From the IMG/VR virus record IMGVR_UViG_3300042363_001420: DNA of 64,000 bases, one strand, 5' to 3'. Below the pieces are notes generated by a model. It worked only from the letters and a program-made list of their open reading frames with translations, was not told where the DNA came from and did not search any database. Below, one piece after another: positions 57,901 through 64,000 of this stretch (positions are counted from its first letter, which is position 1; every line of letters starts with the position of its first letter). Source of the DNA: a virus (taxonomy: Duplodnaviria > Caudoviricetes). The position numbers and the translations under genes are program-made.

Positions 57901-58619
57901 TATAACACCCGGACACGGTTGAGTTGAGTACAGTCCTCGCGATGTGCTTTGACTGTGCCTCGAATTGTTAACACTGTGTCTGGATCCATGCCTTCACGAT
58001 AGGTAAACATTACAACCTTACGAGTATCTACAGTGACAGCACGGATATAATTTGTGTTGTAATTTTGGCTGTACACAGACTTGACTACTTCGACTTGGAA
58101 TTCAACCTTGGTACCAACAGGTGCTACAGGGCTGGTATCTACACCCCACATGCGCTGTTCATGTGCTGCACCTGTGCGGTAACTGATGATTTGGCTGGCA
58201 ATAATGGCAATTTCTAACTGATTGATTTCTAGGGCAAACTCGTTCATATTAGTAGCCCTAATTAGGGTGTCTTCAAATTCAGTAAGTGGACGCTTGAGTG
58301 CTGTCATCAGCAACTGACCACGATGCCAAGCACGAGCTGCTGCACCGAGTTCGCAATCTGTAGTAGTGTCCTCGCCGCAGTAGCCTTCGGTTAACCAACG
58401 CCGAATCATGAGCTTGTTGGCTTCACGGATCACACACTGGCCGTCTGCAGATCTTTGTGACTCTTTGAGATACTGGCCGCCGTTGATGCGATCTGCTGTG
58501 GCAGCAAAAGTCCAAACTTGCTCGGCAGTAACTAATGTGACTTTGGTAGGAATTTTCTTGGCCATGGGTTTACGATATGCAAAAGGGTTGCTGCGGACTT
58601 GATAACTGTACATCGCCAT
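57900..58619 (-). CDS. Hypothetical protein with a probable C-terminal OB-fold
   Basis: LTIRGTVKAH...TQLNRV. Confidence 0.7.
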   Translation of the reverse strand: MAMYSYQVRSNPFAYRKPMAKKIPTKVTLVTAEQVWTFAATADRINGGQYLKESQRSADGQCVIREANKLMIRRWLTEGYCGEDTTTDCELGAAARAWHRGQLLMTALKRPLTEFEDTLIRATNMNEFALEINQLEIAIIASQIISYRTGAAHEQRMWGVDTSPVAPVGTKVEFQVEVVKSVYSQNYNTNYIRAVTVDTRKVVMFTYREGMDPDTVLTIRGTVKAHREDCTQLNRVRVL

Positions 58620-58625
58620 CTCCGA

Positions 58626-58862
58626 TTAAACAAAGTCGTAAGCGTATTCACCAGTGCTGCCAATGGCAGTAACTCTCACCTGACCAAACGGTAAGCCACC
58701 TACGCCCATGAACAGGTTGCTGTGAATTTTGCGAGCATTTCGCTCGTCGGTTTTTACAAATAAAGTACCGTTGCAGAATTCAGCCACTTCAAAATCGCAA
58801 GCAGAGATCTTTGCCATTACTGCGTTTTCGAACTGCGCTGCTGGGATCTGAGTAGAGTTCAT
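58626..58862 (-). CDS. Hypothetical early protein; start revised to MNSTQ
   Basis: AAGGAG SD. Confidence 0.7.
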   Translation of the reverse strand: MNSTQIPAAQFENAVMAKISACDFEVAEFCNGTLFVKTDERNARKIHSNLFMGVGGLPFGQVRVTAIGSTGEYAYDFV

Positions 58863-58891
58863 TTGTTGCTCCTTGTTTATCACTATAACTT

Positions 58892-58920
58892 ATTATAGTA
58901 CTTTAGGCTTTTTCGGTCAA
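58892..58920 (-). promoter_or_regulatory. Sigma70-type early promoter
   Basis: TTGACC-17-TATAAT. Confidence 0.8.
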
Positions 58921-59037
58921 CCGAACTTGTTGAGCCAGGTCTTTGAGCACACGATAGTCTTCCAAGTCGCTGACAGCCCGGGCAGCTTCTGCCAAGATCA
59001 ATAAACGAGTGTATTTTTTTAATATTGCTGCGCTCAT
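58903..59037 (-). CDS. 44-aa early protein (not in ORF track)
   Basis: MSAAILKKYTRLLILAEAARAV...LTEKA; AGGA SD; follows the promoter at 59069-59097. Confidence 0.6.
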   Translation of the reverse strand: MSAAILKKYTRLLILAEAARAVSDLEDYRVLKDLAQQVRLTEKA

Positions 59038-59068
59038 CTTTTGCTTCCTGTTTTGTTACTGTAAAACT

Positions 59069-59097
59069 AGTATAGCACCTGGGTAGTTTCTGGTCTA
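59069..59097 (-). promoter_or_regulatory. Sigma70-type early promoter
   Basis: TAGACC-17-TATACT. Confidence 0.65.
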
Positions 59098-59120
59098 CCA
59101 AAATCTGTCAAAAATGCCAG

Positions 59121-59148
59121 AAAAAAGCCTCTAAAAAGAGGCTTTTTT
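59121..59148 (-). terminator. Intrinsic terminator
   Basis: AAAAAAGCCTCT/AGAGGCTTTTTT. Confidence 0.85.
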
Positions 59149-59167
59149 GTGTGGCTTTTTCACAACA

Positions 59168-59854
59168 CTATCTTAGGGCATAAAACACATGGCCGCCGAT
59201 CTGCTTGAGTCGAGCATCACTAGTAGCCCACCGAGGTCTTACATAGGTGGCGTGAAAATGCGTGGCTGTAATCAATTTAGATACTCTTGTACCAGCCAAA
59301 AAGTCATCTACCGCAGACTGTACTGCAGCCACTTGAGCACCTGTCAAGGGACGATTACGTCTCACTGGATCCTTTGTCCAAGAAAATTGATTGGGTGCGT
59401 GTATTACCCGACAAAAATCTCGTCCCCACGCACCGCTGCGCAGTCTATTCCAAGTGACCTGAGCCACTGCAATTTTGCCTTCGTAAGGTTCGCCGCCACT
59501 TTCGTAAAAGACATTGCGAATTAAACAATTTTTTTCTTGGGGTGTAATCGAAATTTTTTCGCTGGAAATATGTAAGATTATACCAGGACTAACGTCTGTC
59601 AATATAGTTATTGACGGTGGTTTAATTTTAAATATCTCCACAGGTGTACGAAGATTTTGATCATGTTCCCAATCTACCAAACGTGATTCCGGTATTGGTT
59701 CATAGTCCAACTGTTCCTGTGTAACTTGTACATATGGCAAAGGTTTAATCGACGGAGTTGGGATAAAAAATATCCCGCCCGACACTACCAAAATCAAGGC
59801 AAATATAGTCTTTGCCACACAGCCGGAAACTTGTTGATTATAGTTTTTATACAT
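59168..59854 (-). CDS. SleB-like cell wall hydrolase (Hydrolase_2) with N-terminal TM helix; start revised to MYKNY
   Basis: NVFYESGGEP...AVAQVTWNR...NQFSW...ATHFHATYVRPRW...IGGHVFY; AAGGAG SD. Confidence 0.9.
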   Translation of the reverse strand: MYKNYNQQVSGCVAKTIFALILVVSGGIFFIPTPSIKPLPYVQVTQEQLDYEPIPESRLVDWEHDQNLRTPVEIFKIKPPSITILTDVSPGIILHISSEKISITPQEKNCLIRNVFYESGGEPYEGKIAVAQVTWNRLRSGAWGRDFCRVIHAPNQFSWTKDPVRRNRPLTGAQVAAVQSAVDDFLAGTRVSKLITATHFHATYVRPRWATSDARLKQIGGHVFYALR

Positions 59855-59930
59855 AAGTTTCTCCTTGGGTGGAACAGTTATATATGCCAGTGCAGTCCTA
59901 TAATAAACACAGACAAAGTTAAACTTATTA

Positions 59931-60494
59931 TTATTCAATAATTAAGTGTTTGAAATAACTATAATGCTGTTCTAGTGTCCAGAATTTGGGATCAATTGGA
60001 CAACCGTCGTGTGTCTGAAATTCAGCATCAAAAACCCGACTGTACCTCTCAAATGGTAACCACATGTTGGGTGTAGCACTGGCCCAACCAGCTTCTCCTA
60101 GCAGTTTGTGTTTACTGCGACTGAGACACACAGTTGGGGCATTAAGGGCTTGCTCTACTGTGAGTACGCCGGCCAACAGCAAATCTCTAATTCTAGCAGC
60201 AGGAATTAGATGTTCAAAGTCTGTGTCGTTGTCAGCACCAATTTCATGATAGTGAGCCAGCATGCCATCACGTTGCTTGATACAATATTCGTGATAACGA
60301 CGAAGGTAGTAATCAATGTCATTGCGAATTTCTCGCAACAATTGTTGATTGTTTGTAGTGGATTTATACTCCTCTAGCAGTTGACTAATTTTACTTTGAC
60401 AGCGTTGAGCCACAGTACGGTAAGTTTCGTTCGTACGCTTGGTCTTTCCGTAAACCGGCGGTGTAAACTGGTCAAGAGATTCTTGTAAATTCAT
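59931..60494 (-). CDS. Possible HNH-like nuclease-fold protein
   Basis: DFEHLIP...PTVCLSRSKH...PFERY. Confidence 0.45.
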   Translation of the reverse strand: MNLQESLDQFTPPVYGKTKRTNETYRTVAQRCQSKISQLLEEYKSTTNNQQLLREIRNDIDYYLRRYHEYCIKQRDGMLAHYHEIGADNDTDFEHLIPAARIRDLLLAGVLTVEQALNAPTVCLSRSKHKLLGEAGWASATPNMWLPFERYSRVFDAEFQTHDGCPIDPKFWTLEQHYSYFKHLIIE

Positions 60495-61537
60495 ACACCC
60501 TCCGGAAAGAGTCCTGGTGCTACATTGTTATCGAGCAGACCCATTTTAGCACCTTCACCGTGATAAGGCAAGTTAATTTTTCCACCGTTGAGAATATACA
60601 ACTCTCGCATGAGGTTAGCCATTGCGCTTGGTGCACTCCATGTTGCTCCGGGATTCTTGTGTTCCCACTGTACTTTGGCCTTGCTGTGAATCAAATGCGA
60701 GCTCTTGAAAGAATCTTTGGCTTTAACTAAAACTTCTTTCATCCATCCTGCGGGTAAATTCTTTAATTCAGCGCCAGCAATACGATGAAGCTCGTACAGC
60801 CCAATAAACACACCTTGATCAATTTCTTCTTGCAAAGGGAATGTTTCTACAATAGCTGACAGGATAGACCTGAGTACTTTACCGGATTCGTCAATTTCGA
60901 TGCCCTTCTGAGCATATTTAAAGTGGCTAAAGAAATAGTCTTGATCGCCACGTAAATTATCGCTGGATCGCGATGCCTTGTCTTGAAGGTCTATGCCCAC
61001 TAAGTCGAATTGATCTTGCATGGTACGAGCCAAAACATTTCTACGCTCACGACTACCGTTTTTATATCGCACAAGAGCATTACGATGAAGATCCCCTGGA
61101 CCCAGGCGCTTAACGCCTGTGTCGTTGAGCATCTCAAATGCATAACTGGCAAAATTCTTGTCATTGGTAACCACTACAGCACATGGAATTTCGGTATATC
61201 CAAGTATTGCAGCCGAAATAGTACGATGTTGACCATCGTACGTGTCTACTCGTTCAGTGTTAGTTAATCGACATGCGCTGACAGGACTGCAGATTCGAGC
61301 ATCCCACCGCTTCATAATATTGATAATATGTTTATGCAGCACGTCTCTTTGAACCTCATAATCAATCCAAAGATTAGATATTGGCTGCATACTAGAATTT
61401 GGAAATTCTTTTCCGATCACTCTAGCTCGGGTACGCCAGGAGTCTAGTTCTTTCTGTGTTACATCATAGTGTGTTTTGAGCTGCTGTTCGACTTCGTGTG
61501 CAACATCAGTTAATTTACGGGTAAGGCGCTTGGCCAT
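60491..61537 (-). CDS. ParB/Srx-fold protein with DGQHR motif
   Basis: IDYEVQR...YDGQHRT...IPCAVV...FEMLN. Confidence 0.75.
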   Translation of the reverse strand: MAKRLTRKLTDVAHEVEQQLKTHYDVTQKELDSWRTRARVIGKEFPNSSMQPISNLWIDYEVQRDVLHKHIINIMKRWDARICSPVSACRLTNTERVDTYDGQHRTISAAILGYTEIPCAVVVTNDKNFASYAFEMLNDTGVKRLGPGDLHRNALVRYKNGSRERRNVLARTMQDQFDLVGIDLQDKASRSSDNLRGDQDYFFSHFKYAQKGIEIDESGKVLRSILSAIVETFPLQEEIDQGVFIGLYELHRIAGAELKNLPAGWMKEVLVKAKDSFKSSHLIHSKAKVQWEHKNPGATWSAPSAMANLMRELYILNGGKINLPYHGEGAKMGLLDNNVAPGLFPEGV

Positions 61538-61644
61538 ATAATTCTCCTAGTGGTTTTAAAAGGTAAAATACCATAACACCGATCAACAAGTATATGAGCA
61601 CAATGCCCTGGGTCCTGTTAACCAAGTACTGTCATTGAATAAAA

Positions 61645-61673
61645 AGTATAACAACAAAATCTTTTGTTGTCAA
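61645..61673 (-). promoter_or_regulatory. Sigma70 promoter with a 9-bp inverted repeat across the spacer
   Basis: TTGACA-17-TATACT; ACAACAAAA-GA-TTTTGTTGT at 61651-61670. Confidence 0.75.
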
Positions 61674-61915
61674 CTCCATTGTAGCAAAAAAGCCACACAA
61701 TCACGCTCAGTGTCGAAATAAAATACATATCGACCCGGGCGTTGATCAGTGCTGATTTCAATCAACTGCCAACGCCAATCGCCGGTCAACTGACTTTTGC
61801 ACCAATCAATCATACTGTCCAAAACTCCAAATGGCTGCACAACTTCATGGCTGTAAGAGAAACTATCACTTTCGCGATAATTAATGAGTCGTTGTTGTTC
61901 TTCTGTCAATTGCAT
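61670..61915 (-). CDS. Hypothetical protein
   Basis: Coupled ORF. Confidence 0.7.
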   Translation of the reverse strand: MQLTEEQQRLINYRESDSFSYSHEVVQPFGVLDSMIDWCKSQLTGDWRWQLIEISTDQRPGRYVFYFDTERDCVAFLLQWS

Positions 61916-62316
61916 TCGAGATAGACTTGTTCTCTTGCTCGTTGCAAACTGTCTAACGGTAAACCCCAGTCGCGATAACCTTGTGCAATAGTTTCGTAGT
62001 AGGATTTGGACGGCGGTGCCAGTGGATCATCATTCATAACATACACCATGAATTTTTGATCACCTTGTGTCAAATGCATCTTGGTATACAAGTAAGGAAA
62101 TCCCTCAAACACATCCAGATTGTCTTCGCACTCTTGTGTGATTGACCAAATAGCTCCGGCTACTTGAGCACCGGGTTTAGATTGAATAGTGGCCACACCA
62201 GAAAAAGACAAGCGCCAGTTGTCTAACATCATGGTACTGATGGGCTTGGCTCCGGGGCATCTGAATCGCATGCCTTCTAAATTTAGGTTTGCACCGTAGG
62301 CAAAATATAGTTTCAT
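61906..62316 (-). CDS. Gamma-glutamylcyclotransferase (AIG2-like)
   Basis: YFAYGANLN...RCP...LDVFEG...Y. Confidence 0.9.
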   Translation of the reverse strand: MKLYFAYGANLNLEGMRFRCPGAKPISTMMLDNWRLSFSGVATIQSKPGAQVAGAIWSITQECEDNLDVFEGFPYLYTKMHLTQGDQKFMVYVMNDDPLAPPSKSYYETIAQGYRDWGLPLDSLQRAREQVYLECN

Positions 62317-62543
62317 TTTATATAAGTCCGTTGAATATACTCATTTGCTTCGACCATACTGGTACTGAATCTCAATATGTAATCCACTATACCAAAGTCC
62401 TGACAGAAACACATACCGTACTCTCTGCCTTTGATTGCTTCAAATATGTACTTGCTTTTCCAAACATTGTACTCGTCTTGAGTGATCACGAACGGGTCAC
62501 ATTTTTGAAGTGGTTCCATTTGTCTTACCATTTGTGCAAACAT
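62313..62543 (-). CDS. Hypothetical protein
   Basis: Coupled ORF. Confidence 0.7.
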   Translation of the reverse strand: MFAQMVRQMEPLQKCDPFVITQDEYNVWKSKYIFEAIKGREYGMCFCQDFGIVDYILRFSTSMVEANEYIQRTYIK

Positions 62544-63313
62544 TAGGATATATTTTCTGTGTTGGGTTGATCAAAAACAATGCGTGGACTACCAATCCAA
62601 AAATGTACCAAATCATTTCCTCGACGTTGGCCGGTTTGATAGTATCCATTGACGTAACAATGCGTTTGTGAAAATATTCCTTCCACTACACTGATTAAAG
62701 GATTAGTGAGTTTGACACTCCAACAAACTGGATCATTGAACTCAGTTACAAACCAGTACTCCCATAATTCATTGTTTTTTCTTCCCATGAAAATCTTCTT
62801 CAAAGGCGTCAACCGGTGTGTTGTTGTTTCTTTATGCATGGCGTGAGCTAGATTGATACGGCGTCTAGGCAAAAGATTTACTTGTTGTGCTATTTTCATT
62901 CTATCAAGATCTTCTTGATAAAAGTAAGGCAACCGCATCAACATACCCAACTGCTGATGTGTCACTTGTTTGTCGTTTAATATTTCATACAGATCGTGAT
63001 TGAAATCAGTCATCTTAGAATCTTTCAATGCTCTAATAGCAATTTTGTCTCGATAAAAATTTTTCATTTCCGTAGCACGTATTCGATCCGCATCTGTGGC
63101 GCGGCATTCAGCCAAAGCCATCCATCTAATGACATAGTTGCTTTCAACTGACTTACGCCAACTGGCTACACTGAGAACAAATAAATCGTCGTGCGCTGTA
63201 ACAGGTAAGTTTTCTTTAACGTTGTCAGGAAATGTTTTAAAAAAATCTTTATGAAAAATACTATCTAAAGGATCTGCTGTAACAGTTAATGATGCCATGA
63301 GTTTTAATCCCAA
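62543..63313 (-). CDS. Hypothetical protein
   Basis: 256-aa ORF. Confidence 0.75.
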   Translation of the reverse strand: MGLKLMASLTVTADPLDSIFHKDFFKTFPDNVKENLPVTAHDDLFVLSVASWRKSVESNYVIRWMALAECRATDADRIRATEMKNFYRDKIAIRALKDSKMTDFNHDLYEILNDKQVTHQQLGMLMRLPYFYQEDLDRMKIAQQVNLLPRRRINLAHAMHKETTTHRLTPLKKIFMGRKNNELWEYWFVTEFNDPVCWSVKLTNPLISVVEGIFSQTHCYVNGYYQTGQRRGNDLVHFWIGSPRIVFDQPNTENIS

Positions 63314-64000
63314 AGGTTGCGATAATATTTGCCGAAAAACAACAGACCGCGATTGATACGTTCGTTGACAGCATCAATAGCAGCTTGATCAGACTGGTGA
63401 GTATGGCCGGGACCTTCTACCATTTGATACATCTTGGGTTTGCCATTTTCATCCCACTCTATGGGTTGGCTACGTAGATCGATCTTGCCGGTGTGATACT
63501 GTTCTTCCCAGTCATCGTTGACCAGATGTTCAAAAGCAAAGATCATTTCATCCAATATCCAGTCCCAACGAGCAAAGAACTGTTCGTCAGTATGGCCATT
63601 TCGTCGATACGCGGCCAACTCTTTCTTGGAGGGACGCAGATGTTCTGGAACATCTTTGATGTCTACAGCAGGCGCACCGTGTTTGGTTGCCTTGAGCTGT
63701 TTCAGCATAGGTAGAATGATTGTGGCCAATGTATCACTCATACTCCAAGTATCCCATCGGTCAATGCGCACAACCTCTGTTCGTTTGCGCTTACTGTGTA
63801 TCCAATTTAAGAATCGATACAGTACTGTTTCGGGTCTGTCACGATCCCATAATCGCGGAGCATCTCCGGGCTGGGGATCTGGTTCTACACTGCCGTGAGC
63901 CAACCACTCGCCAAAGTTGTGTACCCAATCAGGCTTGCGTTCGATTCCATACTCGTCCTTGACATCACGTGCCCAAAAGCACAGTTTTTCGGCCAATTGG
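63304..64000 (-). CDS. Hypothetical phage protein, probably 5'-truncated by the window edge
   Basis: VRIDRWDTWSM...WDWILDEMIFAFE...GLLFFGKYYRNLWD. Confidence 0.75.
   Translation of the reverse strand, partial: QLAEKLCFWARDVKDEYGIERKPDWVHNFGEWLAHGSVEPDPQPGDAPRLWDRDRPETVLYRFLNWIHSKRKRTEVVRIDRWDTWSMSDTLATIILPMLKQLKATKHGAPAVDIKDVPEHLRPSKKELAAYRRNGHTDEQFFARWDWILDEMIFAFEHLVNDDWEEQYHTGKIDLRSQPIEWDENGKPKMYQMVEGPGHTHQSDQAAIDAVNERINRGLLFFGKYYRNLWD

Noticed and set aside
58883-59101. 72-aa minus-strand ORF from the track
   Set aside because: It spans two promoters; the 44-aa ORF at 58903-59037 with an SD fits better.
1-64000. Stop-codon reassignment, tRNA genes, introns or inteins
   Set aside because: Known genes are full length under code 11 and end in TAA, TGA or TAG. 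No cloverleaf was seen in the short intergenic gaps, and polB and clpA are uninterrupted. tRNAscan was not run.

Overview
The window is a gene-dense segment of a large dsDNA tailed phage with T4-like features, and almost all genes are on the minus strand. The phage call rests on a family B DNA polymerase, sliding clamp, clamp loader, DsbA-like protein, PhoH, tail/baseplate proteins, TAAATA late-promoter boxes and sigma70-type early promoters. The host-like genes (ErpA, FdxA, desaturase, Pro-rich lipoprotein) suggest a proteobacterial host, which is inference. Layout: (1) 1-10.6 kb, a 7-deazaguanine-type DNA modification cluster (glycosyltransferase, DpdL/QueD-like T-fold protein, PD-(D/E)xK nuclease candidate, large DpdA/TGT-fold protein, methyltransferases) linked to the clamp and polB; (2) 10.7-14.7 kb, a glyco-tailoring island (two GT10-like paralogs, amidinotransferase, radical SAM) behind a structured terminator/antiterminator RNA; (3) 15.5-26.4 kb, about ten late genes sharing an N-terminal MRxxE(F/L/I)-type leader resembling the T4 capsid-targeting sequence, carrying a kinase, a GNAT, an RMF-like domain and a 1248-aa nucleotidyltransferase-metallopeptidase-amidoligase polyprotein, with an 18-bp direct repeat flanking the GNAT module; (4) 27-38 kb, proteostasis and replication genes (ClpA, Def, DnaJ, PhoH, clamp loader, GroES, truncated DnaE); (5) 38-49.4 kb, tail/baseplate/fibre genes; (6) 49.5-64 kb, redox/NAD/translation genes, small early genes and a ParB(DGQHR)+HNH-like pair with its own promoter and structured leader. 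The best candidates for an undescribed system are the modular capsid-packaged enzyme cargo cluster and the DpdA/DpdL cluster with its glycosyltransferase and nuclease. I saw no tRNA, rRNA, CRISPR array or mobile element. All calls come from motif reading; no database searches were run.
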